Shown here one piece after another: positions 22,118 to 31,260 of a stretch of 64,000 nt of DNA. The translations under genes were made by a program, and so were the position numbers. The stretch's first letter is position 1. Each line of letters starts with the position of its first letter. Source of the stretch: Sulfolobales archaeon HS-7 (GTDB lineage Archaea > Thermoproteota > Thermoprotei_A > Sulfolobales > Sulfolobaceae); contig AP024596.1 of NCBI GenBank assembly GCA_019704295.1, positions 1,536,001-1,600,000 of the forward strand. The letters are read 5' to 3'. The notes under the pieces were generated by a model, which worked only from the letters and a program-made list of their open reading frames with translations, ran no database searches and was not told the origin of the DNA.

Positions 22118-22753
22118 ATGCCAAGAAAAGAGGCAAGGTCGTATAGGCTCCAGGAGGGGTATGCTGGAGTTAACGTAAATGGTTCTAGTTCATACGTAAT
22201 TAACGGGGAGTATTTGTATGAGAAGCACAGATTTACGCATTATAAAACAGTTGAGGGGATTAATATAACCGGCTATTCTGATACCAGGCCGATTTTCTCT
22301 AAGGAAGCTAGGATAGTTTACTACAAGATAGGCGTGAAAAACGCGGGTAATAAAGTAGTAAGGAAGGTTTTAACAAGTAAGTACTTTAGGGACAAACTCT
22401 ACTTTTACGTATATGCGATCATGAAAGAGCCTTTTAAACCCCTTCAGAGAATAACCACTGATATAGACTTGATGTTATACGAACCTGGATTCTCAAGTGC
22501 CAAGGATCTAGGTAGGAAAGGGAAGTTATATTTCATAGAGAACTCCCCATATCCTACTAAGAACTCGTTAATAGTGTTGTCAATGCCTTTTAACTTTGAA
22601 GTACACGTTTATAAGTCCTCTGCTTATACGCCGGGGGAGTTTCCTGAGGATGCCGAATTAATAACTGATTCAGTAGCAAAAGGAAATAAAGTGGAAATAA
22701 AGATGAGTATGGAACCAAAAATGGGTTATTTCTTCAAGGTTTGCCCGCTGTGA
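22118..22753 (+). CDS. Hypothetical protein
   Basis: 211-aa ORF with AT-rich promoter-like sequence upstream; no motif recognised. Confidence 0.75.
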   Translation: MPRKEARSYRLQEGYAGVNVNGSSSYVINGEYLYEKHRFTHYKTVEGINITGYSDTRPIFSKEARIVYYKIGVKNAGNKVVRKVLTSKYFRDKLYFYVYAIMKEPFKPLQRITTDIDLMLYEPGFSSAKDLGRKGKLYFIENSPYPTKNSLIVLSMPFNFEVHVYKSSAYTPGEFPEDAELITDSVAKGNKVEIKMSMEPKMGYFFKVCPL

Positions 22754-23310
22754 GCGAAGGTATTTCCTACTTCACGGATAGGGATATTAGGGATAAACGT
22801 TTTTTAAAGTTCCTCCAGGAGCACGATGTTCTAAAGAGAAAAATGATAAGATACCTGGAATTTAGTGGTAAATATCCAGTCGCTTTTAAAACAGTTTCCC
22901 TGGTAGATCATTATAAGGGAGTGAGGGTTCGAGTAAATGGAATTTGTTTCGAAGAGGGCGAAACGATGATAATACCTCAAGGGGGAATAGTCTCTAGGAG
23001 TACCAAAATTGAGGAAGGAATAACTGTGGTTCTGGACAAAGGATACTTCGAAATCGAAACCGAAATTCCTCGCATTGAGGACAAATTTACCGATCTAGTC
23101 ATTTACTCTGGAGTTCAGCTCATATATCCTACTTTAATGTTAATAATGAGCTTTCAAACCGTGAGAAGTTCTAACTTTCTCTTCGCTAGGACAACCGATG
23201 TAAACTTCTTTCACGTTCTCATAATGTCCCCGGACAGAAACGTTAGAAGGTCACTCATTAGGGCTTACGACCTCGAACCCGGGGGATATCTCTTCGGTTT
23301 CAAGCATTAA
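22741..23310 (+). CDS. Hypothetical protein (start probably GTG 22750, overlapping the upstream stop)
   Basis: 189-aa ORF with GTGA overlap; no motif recognised. Confidence 0.72.
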   Translation: MPAVSEGISYFTDRDIRDKRFLKFLQEHDVLKRKMIRYLEFSGKYPVAFKTVSLVDHYKGVRVRVNGICFEEGETMIIPQGGIVSRSTKIEEGITVVLDKGYFEIETEIPRIEDKFTDLVIYSGVQLIYPTLMLIMSFQTVRSSNFLFARTTDVNFFHVLIMSPDRNVRRSLIRAYDLEPGGYLFGFKH

Positions 23311-24211
23311 ATTTACATCGTTTTTTCTGAATTTCAAGAGATTTTGCGATATCTAGGAAAAAGTAGTTAAGATCTATCTATTCAAGGAAGATTAGTTTAA
23401 CAGTTATAACGAGGGTTAAGAAAAAGGCAGGAACTGAGAATAGAGGTCTAAATCCTTATAATGTTTCTTCTTAACAAGAAAACTCCTACTAGGGAATCTC
23501 ACTTTGCGAGAGGTAAAGTATTCCACGAAGCTGAGGATCTTTCCGCCCCAAGTAAACATGGTCAGCTACGTTTCAAATGCTGCCACCTAGTGAAGTATTT
23601 GCTTATTACTTAGCCTTTCCTTGAGCCTTCGGCTATGCTTACTCCCTTATGTCGCCGTTAACACGGTAAATTCATAATCAAAGGAAAGGTCATCCTTACG
23701 AGTTAGTGTTCAATGCATAATTGATACGAATGACTGGATGGGCCAAAAAGTCATAAATGTCGATTCAGGATTAATCTAGTTTAATTATGCCTAGTAGTAC
23801 AGAATTCAGTTTTTTCACCGTATAGAATTACGTGATCTCTGAGAATCGAGGTGAGCTAAAGGTGGGCAAGGGCTTCAATCTCTTGCAACTTTTTGGAATA
23901 TCGTCATAACTCAGTTCGCGTGTCATTCTTATAAAGACTTTATTTTTAAATCTTACTTGCTACATATTAAACACTGTCTCTAGTTTTATGGAATGTAAAA
24001 AACTTAAGGGAAATATACTTGCAATGGAGTTGAGGAGTATAGAGGTTATAATATTGTCTTGAGAGGATAAGGAATCCTCCTTCATTACACCCTGTATTAA
24101 AACTTACACGCTCTAATCTTAACTAACCCTATGCCTGAAGTTCAATTCAAATATTGCTGAACGCAACCGATTAAGATAAACCTTATTAGATTAGTTTATT
24201 AAAATTAAAAT

Positions 24212-25075
24212 ATGCGAGATAACGAGGACGGAGTGGATAATAAAAGAAGACAGTTCATTAAAGATACCTGCCTTAGCCTTGCAGGTTTAGCCGCTGCCGG
24301 AACACTTGAGACTTTGCTTACCAGGAGGGTTCTAGCTCAATCGCTTTGCTCTCCTTGTTCTTGGCAATATGGCATGATGAGTCCTACTCCTCCAAAGAGG
24401 AATTTCGGAGGATTTATAAGGGTTAAAATGCCTCCGACTTTGCCTAGTGATCTTCCATGCCTTTACGTAATATGGTCCTCCCTATCGACTACAACAGGTT
24501 ACTTTTACCAAACGTCTTTAGGTTATCATCCTTCTTGGGGTTGGCACGTATCTGCGGGATCTACAAATCCAATTTTAGCGTGTGGTCTAGCATGTGGTCC
24601 ATTCGGAGTGAATAACGGACTGTTTAGACCGCAACCGAATAATATTTACGAATTAGGGATTAGATTCATCCCTAATGGTGGAACAAATGACGTCTATCTT
24701 TACGTGGTTGATTGGGAAACTAACGACATCTATAACATATTTAAGTTAACTGATTCGGGAGTGCCCAATACTCCAATAGGTGGAGTACTAGAGTCCTACT
24801 CTATAGGTGAGCAGGAGTTAGAATCCCTTGGAGGAACTAATTCCTTTGAAGTTGTGAACGCCAACTGGCTCCTTAAACCGTGGGAGTCCGAAACATGGAG
24901 TCACGGATATGTATACGGCCCAACCCAACAAACCTGCACACTTACTGAAACGGGGTATCAGGGCTATGAGGGAACGCCGTCACAGATTACAATGCTTCCC
25001 TTAGGAGCGGGAAGAATTAAAATAGGTTATCAAGCCGGAGGCAAACAATATGCGTCTGGCTATCAACTATGGTAA
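24212..25075 (+). CDS. Tat-exported beta-rich protein, possibly G1/neprosin-like glutamic peptidase
   Basis: KRRQFIK twin-arginine signal, hydrophobic h-region, VLA-Q cleavage site; IW...FYQT and GVLES motifs. Confidence 0.75.
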   Translation: MRDNEDGVDNKRRQFIKDTCLSLAGLAAAGTLETLLTRRVLAQSLCSPCSWQYGMMSPTPPKRNFGGFIRVKMPPTLPSDLPCLYVIWSSLSTTTGYFYQTSLGYHPSWGWHVSAGSTNPILACGLACGPFGVNNGLFRPQPNNIYELGIRFIPNGGTNDVYLYVVDWETNDIYNIFKLTDSGVPNTPIGGVLESYSIGEQELESLGGTNSFEVVNANWLLKPWESETWSHGYVYGPTQQTCTLTETGYQGYEGTPSQITMLPLGAGRIKIGYQAGGKQYASGYQLW

Positions 25076-25077
25076 AA

Positions 25078-25413
25078 TCATCTCCGCCTAATAAGCAGAT
25101 ATATTACCGCAATAAGCAGAACCAAAATTATAGCAGTTTCTACGATACTGTACTGAGTCTTAATTATCGTTTTTGTGCTTATTATTGTAGTAGGGACGGT
25201 TATGTTTTGGACAACAGTTACGTAATCTGTATGAACTACTTCCTTAGTAACAGTTGAGACATATGTTACCGTTACCGTAATAGTTATATTTTCCGTTACT
25301 GTTGTTACGTTTTGAGCTTGAGCGCTTGCGGGAGATAAGCTAGCTATTTGTATTAAACCGGAAAGCGCGCAAAGACCTATCAATATTACCGTTCCTAATA
25401 TTAACTTCCTCAT
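25078..25413 (-). CDS. Small secreted, C-terminally anchored Thr/Val-rich protein
   Basis: Signal peptide (ASAQA), TVT repeats, sequons NVT/NIT, C-terminal TM plus RRR. Confidence 0.8.
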   Translation of the reverse strand: MRKLILGTVILIGLCALSGLIQIASLSPASAQAQNVTTVTENITITVTVTYVSTVTKEVVHTDYVTVVQNITVPTTIISTKTIIKTQYSIVETAIILVLLIAVIYLLIRRR

Positions 25414-25449
25414 TATTAATGAACTTAATTTAGGTAAATAAAAGTTTTA

Positions 25450-25623
25450 CTAACGTCTTCTCCTATCCCTTACCTCAAGGAAAATCAAAAGGGAGAGAAT
25501 AGGAAGCAAAAGGATGAGATCCAGATAGGTGAGCGGGGTGAAACCAACCACTACTATGGAATATAGGAGAAGAAGCAGTAAGCTCATAGCTAGCGTCAGG
25601 ATAACCTGAGTAAAGGCCGACAT
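25450..25623 (-). CDS. Small 2-TM membrane protein (57 aa; not in ORF track)
   Basis: MSAFTQVILTLAMSLLLLLLYSIVVVGFTPLTYLDLILLLPILSLLIFLEVRDRRRR*; ATG 2 nt after the ATPase stop. Confidence 0.7.
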   Translation of the reverse strand: MSAFTQVILTLAMSLLLLLLYSIVVVGFTPLTYLDLILLLPILSLLIFLEVRDRRRR

Positions 25624-25625
25624 AT

Positions 25626-26405
25626 TTACTGCCTAAAGGGATCGTTATACGAATTAATGAGCTGCCTGGTGTATTCTGAAGTGGGATGTTCTATTACGCT
25701 CTCTCCTTTTCCCTCATCAACAATATTTCCGTTTTTAAATACAACGATTCTATTTTCATTCCCTGAAAAGTACTTCGCCATTCCTATATCATGTGTAATG
25801 AATACCGTGGTTATTCCCTTATCCTTTGAAAGAGCTTTCAGAAGGTCGGCTACACTTATTCTTAATGGAGCGTCAAGCATACTCACGACTTCATCTGCTA
25901 TTATCACCTCGGGATTAAGAAGTAGTACCCTTGCTATTGCAATCCTTTGTAGCTGACCACCGCTGAGCTGGTGGGGATACTTTTCTACTAAACCGTAATC
26001 AACTCCGACCATTTCGAGATGTCTGGAAATTAGATCGTTAATTTCATTCCTGGGGCATAGTTTATGATAGGTTATCACGTCCTTTAATGAACTGTAAACT
26101 GTTTTATACGGATTAAATGAGGCGTACGGATCCTGCATTATGTATTGTATTTTAGGTCTAAATTCCTTGAACTCGTTTTTACTCATAGTGTATATGTTCT
26201 TGCCTTTGAAGAGGACCTCTCCCGAAGTAGGTTTCAAATTCCCTGATATAACGAGCCCGAATGTTGTTTTTCCTGAACCGCTCTCCCCTAGAACGGAAAG
26301 TAGTTCCCTTTCATATACGGAAAGGTTAATTCCATTTAGGGCAATAACTTCTTTTTTCCCGGATTTGAATACTACGTGTATATCCCGTGCCTCAATTATA
26401 GACGT
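25626..26405 (-). CDS. ABC ATPase (OppF-like); full-length frame begins at ACG 26405
   Basis: Frame is open upstream of the track's TTG start and contains Walker A LGESGSGKTT; also LSGGQ, IADE and THD; GAGGTGA precedes the ACG. Confidence 0.88.
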   Translation of the reverse strand, partial: TSIIEARDIHVVFKSGKKEVIALNGINLSVYERELLSVLGESGSGKTTFGLVISGNLKPTSGEVLFKGKNIYTMSKNEFKEFRPKIQYIMQDPYASFNPYKTVYSSLKDVITYHKLCPRNEINDLISRHLEMVGVDYGLVEKYPHQLSGGQLQRIAIARVLLLNPEVIIADEVVSMLDAPLRISVADLLKALSKDKGITTVFITHDIGMAKYFSGNENRIVVFKNGNIVDEGKGESVIEHPTSEYTRQLINSYNDPFRQ

Positions 26406-27384
26406 CTTTCCTCACCTCATCTATATTGAAACATGCGACTTTGTGAACCGAACTAACGTCAACTAGTTTAGGTTCGTCCCTAAAGCACACTTCCCTCGAA
26501 TAGGGACATCTATCTGAAAAAACGCATCCTTTGGGTTGTTCCATTCTGCTAGGACGCTTAATTCTATCTCTAATATGTTCGAATTTATTCCTTCCGTTAA
26601 CGCTTACTACACTCCCCATCAAGTATATTGTATAAGGATGTAGAGGATGTGATAGAACATCCTCTCTCGAACCCTGTTCGACTATTTTACCTCTGTAAAA
26701 CACGAAAAAGTAGTCTGCGACATAACTAGCGACTGCTATGTCATGAGTTGCCACAATCATCGATATCCCGTATTTTCGATTTATCTCCTGTAATAGATCG
26801 AGGATTTTCTTTTGTGTAACCATATCTAGTGCCGACGTGGGTTCGTCCGCTATAGTTACTGAAGGTCTTAGGAAAATCGCAAGAGCTATTACCACCCTTT
26901 GTTTCATTCCCCCGGAGAGTTGATGAGGGTAATATGAGAGCACCTTTTGGTCTAGACCTATCTGATCGAATATTTGCGTTATCCTTTCAGATATCTCCTG
27001 TTTACTCAGACCGTAAACCTCTCCAGTTTCAATGAAGTGTGATTTAACCGTTTTCACGGGGTTCAATACATTCATCGAATTTTGCGGAATATAGGAAATG
27101 TACTCCCATCTTCTGCTCAAAAACCTCTTATCGTAGTCGCCATTCTGCATTATAATCATTCCGTTAAGCTCAACTAAACCCCTAATATCCGCGCTTTGAG
27201 GCAAGGAACCTACTATGCTAGAAAGAAGGGTGGATTTCCCTGAGCCACTTTCTCCTATAACGGCGGAAATTCCCCCTTTTTTCAATCCGAGATTAGCACC
27301 CCGTAGGGCGGGGATAAAACTCATTCTGACCCTATAGTTTACCGTAACATCTTTGGCCTTGAGGATAAGGTCGTCAGATTCCAT
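26392..27384 (-). CDS. ABC ATPase (OppD-like) with C-terminal Cys cluster
   Basis: GESGSGKS, LSGGMKQR, ADEPT, HPYT, GCVFSDRCPY..C...VAC. Confidence 0.95.
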   Translation of the reverse strand: MESDDLILKAKDVTVNYRVRMSFIPALRGANLGLKKGGISAVIGESGSGKSTLLSSIVGSLPQSADIRGLVELNGMIIMQNGDYDKRFLSRRWEYISYIPQNSMNVLNPVKTVKSHFIETGEVYGLSKQEISERITQIFDQIGLDQKVLSYYPHQLSGGMKQRVVIALAIFLRPSVTIADEPTSALDMVTQKKILDLLQEINRKYGISMIVATHDIAVASYVADYFFVFYRGKIVEQGSREDVLSHPLHPYTIYLMGSVVSVNGRNKFEHIRDRIKRPSRMEQPKGCVFSDRCPYSREVCFRDEPKLVDVSSVHKVACFNIDEVRKDVYN

Positions 27385-27739
27385 TTATATAGAGTTTATA
27401 CTTCCTGAAATATAAGAATATCTGGATTCACGGATAATACCTACTACAATCGTTATACCAAGACCGATTTAACTTGTGGGTCCCGTGAGGATAGCCCCTT
27501 AAAGTTTCTATGACACGAAAAACCGTAATATATCTTAGACCTCGGCTGGTAGGTCGTACCACGGAAAGGGGTTAAGCATGTGAAGACCCGCAGTGATCGC
27601 TCTTCTGCAAGTCATTACGGTTTCATGGAAACTCTGTTAGGGACTAGGTTTCTTAAGAAGTAGGAAATTAGGGGCGGGAATGCGACGTACATGAAAACGG
27701 GGATTCATAAGTCTTCTAATTTGGCCTTGGTAAGACTAA

Positions 27740-28798
27740 CTAAGAGAAAAACGAGTATAACTGCCAAAGTGTAACTAGAGGAATTAAGGTCGCGCATATA
27801 GCCACGTAAAGAAGAAGCTGCCATTTACCTATCTTAAGGTTGTAAAACGCTGGAAACGCTGCTAGAAGGAGTCTAGGGATAGATATCGCGGGAGTACCAA
27901 TCACCAAAAGTAAAGGTAAAAAGGCCAACAGAGAGTAAGTAAGGTAGAAATATTTTTCCGGTATTGTACTCCTTATAAAATATAGAATCAATATTAGAAT
28001 AAAAAGTTCAAACAATACGTTCCTGACTAACCATTCCAAAGGATATAACCTTACTCCAAGTATAGCCCATGGCTGAGTAGTAAACCAGCCGTTCATGAGC
28101 CATACATCTTGATATATGGGATTAGTGAACATTACCCCCCATACGGCTTTTTCTACCTCAAAATAGTAGAAAGGAGTACCGGTAACCCTGTAATACCAAA
28201 AAAATATACCTGCTCCAGTTATTAAGGGAAGAATAACGAATTTTATGAATTTCTTCTTTAATCCTACGATGAAAGCTGGTAGAGTCCACGCAATACTGTA
28301 AAAAGTGAAAATAGATAAGCTATAAGCTACGGACGATGCCAACACCTTTCTTTCCTTTATCAGTAGAAACGTAAGTGCCAAAAACGTCAGGTATACCACG
28401 TCAGAATAGGGTATTGTTGAGAAAACTACATATACAGGAAAGAGTTCCGTTACCAATGCTGTTCTGAAGTCGAAAACCTTGTATAAAATTATGGGAAAAA
28501 CGTAGCTGAATACGTTTGTTATTATGAAAGCGGAGGTATTATAGCTCCCAGTTACAAAAGTTAATGCCTTTATCATGTAAGGATAAAGAGGGGGGAATGC
28601 GTAATAGTATCCCGAATAACCGTTCGATGCTATCGTCTCAAATATTAGGGAATCCCACTTCGTTGTAAGGACAGTAAAGAAGCTTCCTCCCGCAATTAAG
28701 TACACCGGGAAAACAACTAAAAGTACCTTAACTATCGTTAGGGAAAGGACAAGCTTCAATACGTCCATGTAATTCTTGTTCCACGAACGCCAATACAC
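27740..28798 (-). CDS. GT-C fold membrane glycosyltransferase (PIG-V-like mannosyltransferase)
   Basis: TKWDSLIF..IASNGY, AFPPLYP, PYSD, SIPRL; multi-TM. Confidence 0.75.
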   Translation of the reverse strand: MYWRSWNKNYMDVLKLVLSLTIVKVLLVVFPVYLIAGGSFFTVLTTKWDSLIFETIASNGYSGYYYAFPPLYPYMIKALTFVTGSYNTSAFIITNVFSYVFPIILYKVFDFRTALVTELFPVYVVFSTIPYSDVVYLTFLALTFLLIKERKVLASSVAYSLSIFTFYSIAWTLPAFIVGLKKKFIKFVILPLITGAGIFFWYYRVTGTPFYYFEVEKAVWGVMFTNPIYQDVWLMNGWFTTQPWAILGVRLYPLEWLVRNVLFELFILILILYFIRSTIPEKYFYLTYSLLAFLPLLLVIGTPAISIPRLLLAAFPAFYNLKIGKWQLLLYVAICATLIPLVTLWQLYSFFS

Positions 28799-28847
28799 AA
28801 TTTTTCAAGAATTTTTTGACAAAGATATTAAAAAATTTTTTCCGAGT

Positions 28848-29168
28848 TCATCCCGTGATCTCAAACCTTTCTATTTTCCCCTCATCTCCGAACTTTACAA
28901 AAAACTTCACATGTTCGGTATTGTTTATCGCGACGCAGTTCCTACCTGAATAATAGTCACCGGCGATTCTCAACTCATCGATTTTCGACCAACCCTCCCT
29001 TTTCTTTACCTCATTAACCATATTTCGAAACTCTGCCGCGCATATGTCGCAGCAGAAGAAAAATTCCCTGTCCTCTATTTTCTCATAATATCCTCCCCAC
29101 GTTGCCCTGCATAACGCACATCCGCTTTTCTTTTCCCCCGTTTCCTCTCCATCCACAAATACCTTCAT
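28848..29168 (-). CDS. Ta0938-like small Cys-rich metal-binding protein
   Basis: GCALCRATWGGYY...FFCCDIC (TRASH-like Cys pattern). Confidence 0.8.
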   Translation of the reverse strand: MKVFVDGEETGEKKSGCALCRATWGGYYEKIEDREFFFCCDICAAEFRNMVNEVKKREGWSKIDELRIAGDYYSGRNCVAINNTEHVKFFVKFGDEGKIERFEITG

Positions 29169-30044
29169 TTAAGACACCAGCATTTTCGCTCTTTCCAACC
29201 TAGCGTTTAGGTAATCGTAAAACGCGTCAAACGACTTAACAACGGTAACCTGAACTTCCTCTCCTCGCTCTGCATACTTTTCTACCAAACTTAACGCGTA
29301 ATTCGCATGTCCTACATCAGCTTCATACCCTTCCCGTAAGAAGTCCCTTACTTCCCTTGGATAGGAGTCTGTTTTGAGAATCTCCTCGTTAAAGTAGTGA
29401 ACCTTAGCACCGTATTTCCTAAGGGTTTTGTCCGCAACTAATTCTAAGCTATGCATTGCAGCCATAACTTCAACCCAGCTCCTCTCCTCCGCTATATTCA
29501 ACCACGTCTTAATAGCCCTAGTCGTCGTTGGTAATGGTTCGAAACTTAACACCTTTTCCCTCTTCATACCCAGGCTCTCGCCCATTCTTAGTAGGAGTTC
29601 ATGATGAGAGGGAGTTTTTTCCGTTCCTAAGTATTCAGTCCTTATGTTTTCCAGTTCGTAATCCATGACGTCTAACTTATCTGTCCTGTATACTATTGAG
29701 GATAAAACCTTTACCCAGTTTACTAAAAAATGCTGATGCTCTATAACGTAACCGAGAAGTACTTCTTTTGTTGGACTTTGCATTGCCGCTATAAATGGAT
29801 GCACCTTCTCCCCGTAAAATGTTTCTATGAATCTCCTTTTTATCCACCCGGCTAAGCCATCTCTGGCTGAAAAGAAGTCGTTCAACCTTTCCGAAAGAGA
29901 AGTAGGTGACATTTCCTTGATGGATATATGCCTATTTAGCCATGATATATGAACCGCATCGTTTTTCCCCGACTTGTTATACATATGCTCCGCTACCCCA
30001 GGCCAATTGCTATAGGACATGTAACATACGGGGCATGGTTTCAT
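29169..30044 (-). CDS. N-terminal CxxC/His Zn-finger fused to CADD/PqqC-like heme-oxygenase-fold oxidase
   Basis: CPVC..H..H N-terminus; [27 protein letters not shown]. Confidence 0.85.
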   Translation of the reverse strand: MKPCPVCYMSYSNWPGVAEHMYNKSGKNDAVHISWLNRHISIKEMSPTSLSERLNDFFSARDGLAGWIKRRFIETFYGEKVHPFIAAMQSPTKEVLLGYVIEHQHFLVNWVKVLSSIVYRTDKLDVMDYELENIRTEYLGTEKTPSHHELLLRMGESLGMKREKVLSFEPLPTTTRAIKTWLNIAEERSWVEVMAAMHSLELVADKTLRKYGAKVHYFNEEILKTDSYPREVRDFLREGYEADVGHANYALSLVEKYAERGEEVQVTVVKSFDAFYDYLNARLERAKMLVS

Positions 30045-30479
30045 GATCTAAGTTTATCATTATATGTTAAAAACAGTAGTTATGAAATATACTTTAATTA
30101 TAGTGATCTTTGTATAATACGTTCACTAAGACCACGAAATTGATGAGGAATGAGCTTGTAATTTATCACCTCAAATCGGTTTTAATGTGTCGTATATAAT
30201 TTATGTATTTAATAATATATAGTTTATTAAATTCTAGCTAAATAAGGGAGTCTGCACTAATATAACGTCCGATCAGTTGATCTATAAGTATAATTATAAC
30301 ATATTCTATAAATATGAATATAATATCTGATAAGAGATATTTAACGAGGTATCTTAGATTTTCTATTCAAAGTAAGGTAATTCTAATGAACTTTCACTTA
30401 TTACAAAGATTTTTCCTAGAAAAACTGGTTCACGGCATCCTTAAAAATTGCGTTACCGCTTCTCTCAAATTTGAAGCAA

Positions 30480-31198
30480 AGCAAGTTGTACGTATGCTTG
30501 GGTCCTAAGATACCATTAACGCTATTCGGAGTATTTAAAGTCCCGATGCATTAGTAATTAGTCCTTACAGAAAACGACCTCCAAGCTTAGCTACAAAATA
30601 TATGGGGGTAAACTTTATCTTATCGATGGTTTTCGAGGACATAGGACATCCACCAATTATCATATCTGGGGCATACCGCTTTAATGCCTCAATGAAAACA
30701 TTTCGTCTCTTGTCCTTTTGTTAATGATAATGGTTTTAAAAATAGTAAGCTCTCCCGAGGTAGATGTACTCAAACCCATCAGCTAACCTGAACTAAAGAA
30801 CCCAATTCTCTCTGTACTGTAAATTTCTCCATCCACCTATAGATCGAAGGATTTACCTTGTGAGTAATATATGGAAAGACGTCACTTCTGTCGTTACACC
30901 GTAATCACTATAGTTGTGGAAACAATATTCGAAGAACTTCATCAGGTTCTCATACATCTGATCCTAATCAAGCATCATGAAGTATTCTCTACACCTTACA
31001 AGCGCCGTTCTTACTCCCTCTTTTTCCAGGAAATCCATACAAACATATCCTAACCTGAAAGCCCAGTATGGAATATGTCACCCGTACTCCCCCCGTCAAC
31101 TATAACGATCTACACATAGCGATTAACCTGATATAGTATATTCTCCATAACTAAATTTACCGCCCCTCATTCTTGACCGTCATAGCTAAGGAGAGCAT
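30480..31198 (-). pseudogene. GT2 pseudogene (paralog of 37186-38015 and 46225-47001); 3' end approximate
   Basis: Fragments MLSLAMTVKNEG, IVIVDGGST and EYFMMLD*DQMYENL..DYGV with stops and frameshifts. Confidence 0.7.
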
Positions 31199-31260
31199 AA
31201 GCACAAGTCCTCTACGTGTGTCCGGTATAATGAATTAGGGATATTTGTTGAGGGGATTTC

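Noticed and set aside
23400-23950. Possible IS6/IS1-like remnant
   Set aside because: Only a vague RRLKERL fragment; not enough to call
26237-26405. Frameshift explanation for the short ATPase in the ORF track
   Set aside because: The upstream Walker A region is in the same frame; only the start codon is non-standard
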